A DNA stretch of 64,000 nt, from NCBI GenBank assembly GCA_965205485.1, contig OZ242180.1, positions 992,001 to 1,056,000 on the forward strand, in the 5' to 3' direction. The position numbers and the translations under genes are program-made. Below the pieces are notes generated by a model. That model did not search any database and had not been told where the DNA came from. It saw only the letters and a program-made list of their open reading frames with translations. The DNA comes from Candidatus Latescibacterota bacterium (GTDB taxonomy: Bacteria > Latescibacterota > UBA2968 > GCA-2709665). This document shows positions 9,571 to 18,799 of the stretch, piece by piece (positions within the stretch are counted from its first letter, which is position 1; the number at the start of each line of letters is the position of its first letter).

Positions 9571-11977
9571 TCAGTGAGCCTCGATCATCGTTCCCCCGGC
9601 AACAAGCGTCTGCTTCACTTCTCCCCGCTCGTCGAATGCGACGGCGCCGACCTCGCCGTCGGTCCGGATGCCCGCGCCCGTCAGGACGCTGCCTCCGGAT
9701 GCCTGCAGGAGCACTGCTGCGCGGCCTGTAGCAAGGGGTACGGTGACCGCGTACCCGCCGTCAATCTCCTCGAACTGCGCCTCTCCGGCCGGCGCCGCCC
9801 CCGCCCGATGCGGCCTGAGAAGCGTCACGAACGTCTGGTCCCGGGCAGGCGAGGACGGAATCGCCGTCAGGTGATACTCTATCAGCTTGATGCGAGGCCG
9901 GGGCGGCGGCTTGAAACGGTCGGTCTGGCTCAGCGCCAGGCCGTCCGGCCACAGGAACGACACCCGGCAGGCCGCTGCACCGTTGACCACGCGGATGTCC
10001 CGTTGGCCATGGACCGCCATCTCAACGGGCGCGTGCAGCCGCCACTCGAATTGGGCGGGTTCGGGCGCGCGCAGGGTATCGAAGATGAGGACCGCTTCCG
10101 GTTTAAGGAACAGGATGCGGCGGGTAAACCGTTCCAGTCTGCCCGCGTACGCGCGCGACGCCTCTCCGGAAACGTAGTCGAGATGCTCTGAAGTGTGGAA
10201 ATCAAGGATTTCCCCCTGGGCATCGCTGGCGTTCGGCAGCTGCCCTTCCCCATTGACGGTGACGCAATTTACCGATTTCGTGTGATGCATCCACTGCCTG
10301 TGGTGCTCGCTGCCGTGGATGTCGCGCCGTCCGGTACGGATCAGCAACCGCTCTCCGAACGCGTAGAGCAGGAAGGAATTCTGGGCCTCGTACCCGTGGC
10401 TGTGGGATCCGAGAGGACTGCTCTTGAAGATCACCTCCACGTTGTCCAGAGCGTCCTCCAGATTGGTATTGAGCGCGGCCTGCCCCGTACCCCTGAAACA
10501 TCTGGATGTGGGCAGGTCGACGGGACGCTTCGCTTTGACCTCCGGAAGCGCGCCCCGAACGAAGCCGATATAACCCGGCTCGGAGGGGGATCCGCCGTGC
10601 GCGTCCACGTACCACTGCCAGTACGGATTTCGCGCCTGGGCGGCAAACAGAGCCATTACGCCGCGGTTCTGGCCGGACTCGAGGTGAGCCGTCAGGTCGC
10701 CGAACCCGCCGCCCTTGGTACCTGGCGGCTGCAGATACATCGGATAGTAGCCGACCTGCGAGAAATAGGGCTTGTCGAAGGCGTCGATACCCATTGCCTC
10801 GCGCATAATGTCCGCCCACCAGGTGAACCGCTGGATGTAGCTTCGCCAGTAGCCCATGCCCTGGTGCCAGCCACCGTCGTCGTCACTCCACACGGGATAC
10901 GTGTTGGCGAATACGTTCGCCGCGAACCACACCCAGTCCGCGGCCTCGGGGATCTCATCCAGAAACGCGATGCCCACCTCTCCCAGAAAATGCCACGACC
11001 GGGTATCGTGGCTCCCGTACGGACGCCAGAGGAAGCGAGGATTCAGATGCGCGTTCATCTCCTTCCCCCGGATTCGCATCACGCGGCGACAGGTTTCGCG
11101 CTCGTCCTCCGTCAGCAGATCGTGGAGATAGCTGTAGGTACGGGAGAAATAATACGCGTAGGGCATCCCGGCTTCGTCGTTATACCTGAAGCCCGTCGCC
11201 CCTTTCGGGTCCCATTCGGCGCAGGCCATCAGAATCTTCCTGGCGAGTTGCCCGTACTCCGCGCGACCGCCGAGCAGCCGGGTAAATGCCAGGGTGGCCG
11301 CGCCGTTCAGGGCCGCGATCGTATACTCCCGGTTCGGCCACCAGATCGCCCGCCACTCCTCGCTGAGCCGGACCGTCCCTTCGGGATAGAGGGGCGGCTC
11401 TTCAGTGGGCGGCGGATTCTCGAGCAGCTTCTCGGACGCGGCCACGAGTTTTCCATAATGGACCGAGAGGTCGGACTTCGCACGTCGCCGAAATTCCGGA
11501 ATCTGCTCCGGCCTCACGAATAGGCGCGGATGGCCGGTTGGAATGCGCGCGAGCAGGTCATCGCGAGAGGGCAGCGGCAACGGGTTTGCATCTGCTGCAA
11601 CGGTAAACATGCGCACGCTGCTCCAGTCGGAAGCAGCACCCGACTGATCGTTATAACGGAATCGCCAATACCAGCGGCCGGGCGACAACGTACGAGGCGG
11701 ACAGTGGACGTTGAAAGTGATGCTTGTCGCCTCGTAATCCACATCCGCGAAGGCACTGTCTGCAGCGCACTGAAGTTCGTAGCTCGCGGCGTCTTTCTGC
11801 GGCCGCCATGAAAACCCCGGAGGCGTCACCTGAGAGACGCTGCCGTCCGCCGGGCGAAAGCCCCACTCGCCGGGCCTTGCCGGGCGTCTCGTCGATCTCC
11901 GCGCGTCCGGCTGCTTCCGCCCGCGATACCGCGGAGAGCAGCAGAACCATGCCAACAATCACCAGAATTCCGGTCAT
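9571..11977 (-). pseudogene. DUF4962 + heparinase II/III (PL15-like oligo-uronate lyase) with a frameshift after the signal peptide; real pseudogene or sequencing error
   Basis: AAGGAG RBS and ATG 11977 give the signal peptide MTGILVIVGMVLLLSAVSRA-EAAGRAEIDETP. The lyase body (PARPGEWGFRP, TPPGFSW, HPRLF, WHQGMGYW, SHSHGYEAQNSF) is in another frame. Removing one C of the CCC at 11882-11884 joins them. Confidence 0.75.
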
Positions 11978-12109
11978 CCTGTAACTCCTTTCATACAATC
12001 CTTTAGACGCGATCGCCAGGCGCATTCGCGAATCCATTGCGAAAAATCGGCAAAGCTGTTCGCATTCAGTTAACAGTTCCGGTTACTTTCACGATGCCAT
12101 TCCGGAACA

Positions 12110-12345
12110 CGACCAGAGCAGGGCGCGCTGATCCGTCCAGCACCGTAGATCCGTGTGGCCTCAATGGCTGGCAGGGCAGAATTCCTGGTGCGGCCCGTGA
12201 GGGTATTCGCGCCATGCATATGGCAGGCCCCGCGCCCAGCGGCGACTTTTGGTTCCTTTTGGTCGCTTCAAAAGGAACACGCCGTAGGCAGGGAATCTGG
12301 GGAGATGTGGATTTTGAATTTGGTTGTCGCTCTTGCCTTCCGCTC
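12110..12345. repeat. Non-coding palindromic element (MITE/REPIN-like)
   Basis: Perfect 10-bp stem GTTCCTTTTG-N7-CAAAAGGAAC (12252-12278), preceded by a partial extra arm. GCCAT-N4-ATGGC near 12211. Boundaries approximate. Confidence 0.4.
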
Positions 12346-12348
12346 TTA

Positions 12349-12379
12349 GCTGACAGCTGACAACTGATAGCTGATCGCT
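12349..12379 (+). repeat. Heptamer tandem repeat (GCTGAYR-type), about 4.4 copies
   Basis: GCTGACA GCTGACA ACTGATA GCTGATC GCT. Confidence 0.75.
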
Positions 12380-12396
12380 TCCCTTGATTCGCGCGG

Positions 12397-12615
12397 CTAC
12401 GTAGCCCACTCCATCTGCAGCTTTCGTTTATGGACCGCGCAATCGCGAAGGTAGAGATTGATCAAGGTCTGGTACGGAATGCCCGCTTCCGCCGCCATAT
12501 CCTTGAAATAGGTGACCGTGTCCCGATCGAGCCGCATGGTAACTGGCTGCTTCAGGTGCTTGATGTAGGGATTCTTGCGCCCCTTCATCTCTGAGAAATC
12601 ATAGTGGTCTCTCAT
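12397..12615 (-). CDS. brnA: BrnA-family antitoxin (RHH/CopG-like)
   Basis: MRDHYDFS..KNPY..KQPVTMRLD..YFK..GIPYQTLINLYL. 4-nt ATGA overlap with the toxin. Confidence 0.85.
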   Translation of the reverse strand: MRDHYDFSEMKGRKNPYIKHLKQPVTMRLDRDTVTYFKDMAAEAGIPYQTLINLYLRDCAVHKRKLQMEWAT

Positions 12616-12905
12616 GAGCGTCTCCTCCAGTAGTCAAGTTCTTCGGTCTTATTGGCCTTTCTAGCGGAGATGATGCGTACGATCGTTTCACTCTCTCGAA
12701 GACAATGGCAGACAACAAGCACACGCAGTTTAAAGCTCATACCCAGGAGCAGGAACCGGTCTTCATCTTCTGAATAGTCGGGATCGAAGAATTGAACCGC
12801 GTTTTCATCGTAGAAGGCCGTCCTCGCCTCTTGGAACGAGACCCGATGTTTCCTGTAGTTCGCTCGTCCCTTTCGCACATCCCATTCAAACCGGATTCTC
12901 TCCAT
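12612..12905 (-). CDS. brnT: BrnT-family ribonuclease toxin
   Basis: FEWD..K...N..KH.VSF.EA..F.D, EDRF..LG, RIISARKA. Start at ATG 12905. Confidence 0.9.
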   Translation of the reverse strand: MERIRFEWDVRKGRANYRKHRVSFQEARTAFYDENAVQFFDPDYSEDEDRFLLLGMSFKLRVLVVCHCLRESETIVRIISARKANKTEELDYWRRRS

Positions 12906-12940
12906 ACATACAATGTATGTATTCAGCAACTGTGTGTCAA
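12904..12940 (-). promoter_or_regulatory. Sigma70 promoter plus palindromic operator of brnTA; probably leaderless
   Basis: Minus strand TTGACA (12940-12935), 17 nt, TACATT (12917-12912), 6 nt, ATG. Perfect palindrome ATACATACA-A-TGTATGTAT at 12904-12922. Confidence 0.8.
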
Positions 12941-12978
12941 GTGAATGACGCGGAATCAAACGCGCCAAAGATGCAGAT

Positions 12979-13003
12979 GCAGGGGCGACCCTTGTGGTCG
13001 CCC
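12979..13003 (+). repeat. REP-like palindrome (GTAG-family variant)
   Basis: GCAG-GGGCGACC-CTTGT-GGTCGCCC, perfect 8-bp stem. A near-identical copy is at 17669. Confidence 0.65.
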
Positions 13004-13062
13004 ACGTAATGGCGCTGACACCGATGACAGATTTCGCGTGTCCGTACCGCTAACCGGTTCTG

Positions 13063-13086
13063 GCCGAATGCTGACGGCTGACAGCT
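13063..13086 (+). repeat. Heptamer tandem repeat (GCTGAYR-type), about 3.4 copies
   Basis: GCCGAAT GCTGACG GCTGACA GCT; same unit and orientation as 12349-12379. Confidence 0.55.
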
Positions 13087-13094
13087 TCTTTTCT

Positions 13095-14147
13095 TCAATC
13101 GAAATACTTCGGGTTCGTAACCGTCAAAGAGCAATCCTGCAGCGGCAATGTGACTTTCGCCCCGCCCTCGCGGTGGGATAAATGGAATGCCAGCGCGATC
13201 TCCAGTGCCCTGCGACCGTCCTCGCCAGTGCAGGAAGGCGTCTTTCCGTCTTCGATGCAGGTTACCAGTTCCTCGATCGCCTTTACCACCCCGCTCCGGG
13301 CTTCGATATTCTGGGGAATCTTCCTCCCGATCAGGGCGCGTCCCTCATAGACGTCTTCCGCCACGGTCCAGAATTCGTCAACGTGGTACCCGATCCGGAT
13401 CCTCCCGTTCCTGCCCACCAGGTCGAATTCGAATCCCACCGGACATCCTTCGACCGCGTTTACGAAGGCGTGCATTCCGTTTTGAAACTGGATGTACCCG
13501 CTGCCTCCCGGGTCTTCGTGCGGTTCCCGCCGGCCGTCCAGCCGGCCGAATACCCACGCCGCGTCGTCGCCCGACCAGAACCGCATCAGGTCGAACATGT
13601 GGGTCGCTTCGTGCACCAGTTCGGGACCCATATTGCCCGCGATGCTGATCAAGTCCCCGATCGTACGCTCGTCAACGAGTTCCTTGACGCGAACCATCAG
13701 GGGGTCCCACCTGTTGTGGTAGTGGACTGCCAGAGTGGTACCCGCTTTTCCGCATGCGTCAATCATCCGGTCCGCATCGGTCAGGTTCGTCGCCATTGCT
13801 TTCTCGCACAGGACCGCCTTCACGCCCGCTTCGGCGGCCGCCACTGTCATCTCGGCGTGCAGGTGGGCGTGGGTCGCCACGCTGACGATATCCAGAGCTT
13901 CCGCCGCCAGCATCTCCCGATAATCGGTATAGAGGCTACGTACGCCCCAACGGCCGGAAAATTCCGCCAGTTTCTCCTCGTTTATATCTGCAGCGGCCAC
14001 CACCTGTGTTCTTGCCACCTGGCCGTAGGCGCCCGCCAGAACACCGGGCTGCGGGACGCGACCCGGTTGGCGGCGCTTCTCGTCGTCCATCGTACTGGCC
14101 ATGCGGCCGCAGCCGATGATTCCAACGCGGTAGGTCGTATCCCTCAC
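13095..14147 (-). CDS. Gfo/Idh/MocA family NAD(P)-dependent oxidoreductase
   Basis: VGIIGCG Rossmann motif, CEKAM, HEATHMFD. GTG start overlaps the upstream TGA, with a GGAG RBS. Confidence 0.9.
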   Translation of the reverse strand: MRDTTYRVGIIGCGRMASTMDDEKRRQPGRVPQPGVLAGAYGQVARTQVVAAADINEEKLAEFSGRWGVRSLYTDYREMLAAEALDIVSVATHAHLHAEMTVAAAEAGVKAVLCEKAMATNLTDADRMIDACGKAGTTLAVHYHNRWDPLMVRVKELVDERTIGDLISIAGNMGPELVHEATHMFDLMRFWSGDDAAWVFGRLDGRREPHEDPGGSGYIQFQNGMHAFVNAVEGCPVGFEFDLVGRNGRIRIGYHVDEFWTVAEDVYEGRALIGRKIPQNIEARSGVVKAIEELVTCIEDGKTPSCTGEDGRRALEIALAFHLSHREGGAKVTLPLQDCSLTVTNPKYFD

Positions 14148-15139
14148 GGCTTCTCCAGCTCCGGATTCTGGATGACCCGGCACTCCAGGTCGGTCGCCAT
14201 CGCCGCCGCCGGCGTATGGTGATGATCCATCGGCGGGGTCGTCAAGTAGTGTACGTAAAAGACACCGGGCTCCACGGGGGATGGAAATACCGTCCGGAAG
14301 CGCCCGTTGGCTTCGACTTCGTAGCGCACGGAGCCTTTACCGGACCACGCGCCAACCGCCGCAACGTCCACGGTTGCCGCACTGTCCGTGACCACGGCCC
14401 AACTCGTGCCCTCGCCGTCTGCGCGTTGCCGTGCGCCGAACGCGGAGAGGAGCGGCCCATCCGGCAGGCTGAAGGTGTTTTCAACGACAACTGTCGCAAT
14501 TTGCGACATATCTCCGGATACCACCCGGTGTTCAGCGCGAAACCAGGAAACGCCCGAAAAAAATGTCAGATATGCGACAAATTCGTATCCGCCGCCGTAG
14601 GTCCCGTCCACACGCAGACGTGCCGACCGGGGACCCCGTGTTTCAACATCGATCCGGACCTCCCCCGACGGAAACAGGATCCTGCCGTCCTTGCGGAGGA
14701 GCGCCGGCCCGGGCGCTCCCGGCCCGTGAAACGCCCTGCCGTCGAAAATCACGTTCTCTACGAAGTTGAAACGCCACTTTCGGACGTGGTAAATCACCGG
14801 CCCCTGCTGCACTTCGATGGGGTCTTTGCGATCGCGAACCTTTATGGGGTTCGGCTGGGGCGGGGGAGGCGGCGTCCCCTCTCCGTATTCGAAAGTGAGG
14901 ACTTCCTCACCTCCGGCGCGGAGGCGCGCCGGAAACAAGACCTCCGCGGCTTTCACGCTGCCGTCTTCCCAGGTCTCCAGCGCGTCCACCTGCATGGGTC
15001 GCGGTTCCCCGCCGGCGTCCACGATGCGTGCCGGGCATTCCTCGGTGAATTCACCGGGCTTGAAGTCCACCGCTACCGCGCACGGGAAATTCCTTCTATT
15101 GAACCCGTCCCTTTCGGAAATGCGGATCCGTTTGCGCAT
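14144..15139 (-). CDS. Hypothetical protein resembling the N-terminal beta domains of YetA/exo-rhamnogalacturonan lyase (PcRGLX-like)
   Basis: ATG 15139 with GGAGG. PMQVDALETWEDGSVKAAEVLF and VETRGP.SARLRVDG.Y patterns. No helical catalytic domain. Confidence 0.5.
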   Translation of the reverse strand: MRKRIRISERDGFNRRNFPCAVAVDFKPGEFTEECPARIVDAGGEPRPMQVDALETWEDGSVKAAEVLFPARLRAGGEEVLTFEYGEGTPPPPPQPNPIKVRDRKDPIEVQQGPVIYHVRKWRFNFVENVIFDGRAFHGPGAPGPALLRKDGRILFPSGEVRIDVETRGPRSARLRVDGTYGGGYEFVAYLTFFSGVSWFRAEHRVVSGDMSQIATVVVENTFSLPDGPLLSAFGARQRADGEGTSWAVVTDSAATVDVAAVGAWSGKGSVRYEVEANGRFRTVFPSPVEPGVFYVHYLTTPPMDHHHTPAAAMATDLECRVIQNPELEKP

Positions 15140-15226
15140 TCCGATGCCTCCCAAATTCGACACGATCTTCCGTGTCCAGTCCCGGAAACGTGTCACCATC
15201 CGGCGATCAGCTGCCGTGAAAGAACA

Positions 15227-15997
15227 CTATTGCAGGCCGAGTTCCACCCACTTCGAGGCCATGCGGCGGATACGCGGCCTTTCGCTGTTCAGAAAATCGT
15301 CGGTGAAAGCCCGGCCCGGCTGGCTGTACTGAAACCGCTCCATGAGATTGATCAGGGTGCGGTGGTTCGTTTTCATCAACTCGACGTGCTCAGGCTCCGT
15401 GGCCTCAGGAACGAAATTCACCGCAAGGTGGCGTCGTCCCACCGCGCCGCCGTAGGCCGCGTGCCAGATGTTCATGTTCAGGAACAGAACGTCACCTGGA
15501 TTGGACTCCAGAAAGTAGCACGGCACCTCCGCGCCGGGTACACCCAGTTTCTCAATGGGCCTCAGCGACTCGTGAAGCGGGAGACGGTGCGATCCGGGGA
15601 TCACCCTCAGGCAGCCGGTGCTTTGCGTAAGGGTATCCAGATAGAGCGAGACCTTCATCGGTGGAAAGTTCAGCCGGCTGCCGTCGGGGTGCCATTCCGT
15701 TTCGCCCACGTACAGATTGCCCTCGGAGCAGAGCCAGTGAAACCCCGGCCCCAGCAGGCGTTCCACCGTTGAGTAGATGCGGTCGTCCTCGACCAGTTCC
15801 GTCAGAAGCGGGTTTCGTTCCGCGATTCCGTAGAGCGCTTGCCTCGTCTCGCCCGGAAAGGGTTGACCTTCCCGGTCCTTCTCCAGCATGTTGTCGAAAG
15901 TACGAATGATCGGGGCCATTTCCTCCGGGCCGAACGCCTTGCGTAGCGGAAGAAAGCCGAATGTCCTGAAGAATTCGACCTGTTGATCGCTAATCAT
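15227..15997 (-). CDS. Phytanoyl-CoA dioxygenase (PhyH) family protein
   Basis: FFRTFGFL, WHPD (HxD), GCLRVIPGSH, PGDVLF...WHAA..R. Confidence 0.9.
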   Translation of the reverse strand: MISDQQVEFFRTFGFLPLRKAFGPEEMAPIIRTFDNMLEKDREGQPFPGETRQALYGIAERNPLLTELVEDDRIYSTVERLLGPGFHWLCSEGNLYVGETEWHPDGSRLNFPPMKVSLYLDTLTQSTGCLRVIPGSHRLPLHESLRPIEKLGVPGAEVPCYFLESNPGDVLFLNMNIWHAAYGGAVGRRHLAVNFVPEATEPEHVELMKTNHRTLINLMERFQYSQPGRAFTDDFLNSERPRIRRMASKWVELGLQ

Positions 15998-16073
15998 ACC
16001 CGCCCCTTTCGCTGTGTCGAACGCCTGTTGGATGGGCCTGTTGAAATGCGCCGTTGCCGCTGGAGATACGTCC

Positions 16074-17267
16074 TTATTCCGTCACGATGTTCCAGTTTAC
16101 GAGACCCACATCTCTCGGGCCATACAGTCCGGGTCCGAAAGCATCGTCACGCTGGCGATAGCCCGTCCCGTACGCAGTCAGAATCGAGCCGTCAGGCAGC
16201 ACGATAGAAGACGTCGTGTGGGGGCTGGCGTGCCAGCCACCGGAGCGCAGTTTGCCCTCGGGCGAGGGGGACCCCTTCCTGTTTCCTGTCCATTCGGCAA
16301 GAATGTAGCGGCGGTCTAGGTCCGATGTCCGCCCGTTGTCGCGGCTCACGACCGCCTCGATGCCGAACCGGGGAAAACCCTCGGCGGTGTCGGAATAACC
16401 AAGGCGAACGACGTATGTAGTTACAATGTAGCCACACGGCAGAAGCACCGTACTGGCGTGGTGGCGTCCCCAGTCGTAGAGTTGCCGGACCTCACTCCAC
16501 GAATAACCGTCATCTCGTGAGATGGATATCCCGAAACCTTCGTAGTGATCGAACTGCAGCCCCTTGTAGGCGTCTGGAGGATCGGTCCTGCATGTCGCGA
16601 CGATATCGCCGTTCACCGCCCGAACCGGGCAGACCTCGTTGACGCCTTCGAACTGAGGTACGTGGCGGGCGCCGGACCAGGTGCGGCCACCATCCGTACT
16701 GAACCTGACGTAGGCCTGCGAGTCCATGGTTACAGAATCGCCCCAATAGCCGGTTTCCATCAGACGAGTCACCCTGCCAGTGTCGGGATCTCTGTCCACC
16801 AGAACCGGGTCCCAGGCCATCCACGTCCTGCCGCCCGGCGCCGGCTCCACGGGCACCGTGTCGCCCCACGTCTCACCAAAATCGGCGCTGAACCACCTCG
16901 CCGGCGGATGGCAGGAGTACATCATCAATCTGCCCTCTCCGAGGTAGGTCAGCCCGTGGCCGAGCCCGCAGGCGGGATTACCTTCCGCGTCGGTGTGGAC
17001 GTACCTGGGCGCGCTCCACGTGGCGCCCAGGTCGCCGCTGGACAGCACCATGGCGTAGTGTACCCATGGACTGCCCGGATAATCGCAGCTCGCCAACATC
17101 AGCACGCGGTCTTCTTCCGGCATATGCACGATATGGGGCACGGCAACCACACGGTTCCAGCTCTCGGTCACGATCTGCGAGCGGGCCGGCAACTCGATTC
17201 GTTCCGCACCCGGATTCAATCGGTAGACTATGTGATCCTGCCATTGGCTACGTGGTACGGATGGCAC
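16074..17267 (-). CDS. Sialidase-like BNR/Asp-box repeat protein (GH33-like propeller)
   Basis: Asp-boxes SGDLGATW, SADFGETW, STDGGRTW, SRDDGYSW, SRDNGRTS. Probable GTG start at 17267 with AGGA RBS; the ORF-track extension runs into a repeat. Confidence 0.75.
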   Translation of the reverse strand: MPSVPRSQWQDHIVYRLNPGAERIELPARSQIVTESWNRVVAVPHIVHMPEEDRVLMLASCDYPGSPWVHYAMVLSSGDLGATWSAPRYVHTDAEGNPACGLGHGLTYLGEGRLMMYSCHPPARWFSADFGETWGDTVPVEPAPGGRTWMAWDPVLVDRDPDTGRVTRLMETGYWGDSVTMDSQAYVRFSTDGGRTWSGARHVPQFEGVNEVCPVRAVNGDIVATCRTDPPDAYKGLQFDHYEGFGISISRDDGYSWSEVRQLYDWGRHHASTVLLPCGYIVTTYVVRLGYSDTAEGFPRFGIEAVVSRDNGRTSDLDRRYILAEWTGNRKGSPSPEGKLRSGGWHASPHTTSSIVLPDGSILTAYGTGYRQRDDAFGPGLYGPRDVGLVNWNIVTE

Positions 17268-17324
17268 GTATATATCCTGTATTGAGGAAATTGATCCACC
17301 ACAACCTAACTTCCTTTTTTTCAA

Positions 17325-17425
17325 GCCCTTTTTCTTGCATTGCCCAAGAAAAAGGGCGAAAAAGAAGGGCACCGCTCGGCGCGGGGCCGGTTTTTGCCCA
17401 AGAAAAAGGGCGAAAAAGAAGGGCA
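17325..17425. repeat. 13-bp hairpin overlapping a perfect 32-bp direct repeat
   Basis: Hairpin GCCCTTTTTCTTG-N7-CAAGAAAAAGGGC (17325-17357). TTGCCCAAGAAAAAGGGCGAAAAAGAAGGGCA occurs at 17340-17371 and 17394-17425. Confidence 0.85.
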
Positions 17426-17668
17426 GGTTTTTCCGTGAATCACCTCAGGGGCACAAATGGAAATCCGGTGGCCTACGAGTCCCTCAGGTGTACCAATACA
17501 ACGGTGCTGGTCGGATTAACACGGAAAAACCCCCCACGCCACCACCGGACGGCAAGGTGTTTGACAGGTCAGGATTGCCGCGTGGATTGGCGGTTCGGCC
17601 GCTGGGCGTTAGATCTCGTGACCCCTTGGAGCAAGAGCCTTGCCCTCGTTGTGCCGCCGTTTGCTATT

Positions 17669-17693
17669 GTAGGGGCACCCCTTGTGGTTGCCC
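17669..17693 (+). repeat. GTAG-family REP-like palindrome
   Basis: GTAG-GGGCACCC-CTTGT-GGTTGCCC; matches 12979-13003. Confidence 0.65.
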
Positions 17694-17734
17694 GCCTGTT
17701 GGCATTGATGTTGCCAATCGCAAACGCCTGTCCG

Positions 17735-18727
17735 CTAAACCTCGATCCAGCTTTCCGTATTGGACGATGCGACGACCGCGTCCAGGATCCGGAGCACGCG
17801 AAGACCGTCCGAGACCGGGATGGGAGCACGTGCTCCTGAGTTTGCGGCCTCGGCGAACGCGGCCAGTTCCCGGTAGCACATCTCTTCGAGATTGTCGCCG
17901 GGAATGCGCAGGACCGTGGGATGCGCGTATTCAGGGATCACCCGGCTCTCCACGGTCACGACGTCGCCCTTCCAGTCGCCGCGTACCCGCCCGCGGGTTC
18001 CGTACACGTCGACGAAGTCGTACCCGACGCCGGATGCCTGGGAGACGGAAAACGTCGCAACGGCGCCGCCCTTTAGCCGTACGGTATAGGCAGACGTCTC
18101 GTCCGTCCCTCCTGCGTTCCATCTCACGATTCCCGAAACCGACTCGGCCTCGTCGCCCGTCATCCAGAGTACCTGGTCGGTCAGGTGGGAGCCCAGAAAG
18201 AGGAGCTGACCGCCGCCTTCCGCGTATGGCCCACCGAGCCACCCTCCCAATGGACCGCCGCCCTTGCCGGCCGCCACGAAGCTGACGTCTCCCACCACCC
18301 CGCGATCCAGCAGGGACTTGATAAACATCCGGCTGAGAGAATAGCGCATGCAATAGCCGACCATAGCCACCACGCCACGGCTATCCGCGGCATCCACTAC
18401 CGCGGCGCCCTCCGCTTCATTTAGACCCATGGGCTTCTCGATAAACACGTGCTTCCCGGCGCCGATGGCCGACAGGGCCACGTCCTTGAGGTACCGGTGC
18501 GGGACCGCCACGACAACCGCGTCCACGTCCGTGCTTTCCGTGACTTCCGCCACAGAATCGTGAACCGCTTCGATCCCGAAGGCGTCGGCCACCTGTCGGG
18601 CCCTGACCTCGTCCACGTCCGCACACGAAACCAGCCGGGCGGAATCGATCCGGGAGAAAGCCGGTGCGAGATTGAGGCGGCTCTGTCCACCGCAGCCGAC
18701 CAGCCCGACACGCAGCATTTTCGGCAT
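17735..18727 (-). CDS. Gfo/Idh/MocA family oxidoreductase
   Basis: VGLVGCG, GKHVFIEKPM, GGGQLL..GSH..D. Confidence 0.9.
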   Translation of the reverse strand: MPKMLRVGLVGCGGQSRLNLAPAFSRIDSARLVSCADVDEVRARQVADAFGIEAVHDSVAEVTESTDVDAVVVAVPHRYLKDVALSAIGAGKHVFIEKPMGLNEAEGAAVVDAADSRGVVAMVGYCMRYSLSRMFIKSLLDRGVVGDVSFVAAGKGGGPLGGWLGGPYAEGGGQLLFLGSHLTDQVLWMTGDEAESVSGIVRWNAGGTDETSAYTVRLKGGAVATFSVSQASGVGYDFVDVYGTRGRVRGDWKGDVVTVESRVIPEYAHPTVLRIPGDNLEEMCYRELAAFAEAANSGARAPIPVSDGLRVLRILDAVVASSNTESWIEV

Positions 18728-18799
18728 AGGGATCTCCTGAAAAAGGCGTTATTCGAGGTTTCTGGTTTATTCAGCCGACGCGAAACACCGTAAAGTCCA

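Noticed and set aside
11651..12037. Independent 128-aa gene
   Set aside because: Only its signal-peptide part is protein-like, and that part belongs to the frameshifted lyase.
17340..17425. Mini CRISPR array
   Set aside because: Only two repeats, a 22-nt spacer and no cas genes; the repeat is one arm of a larger hairpin element.
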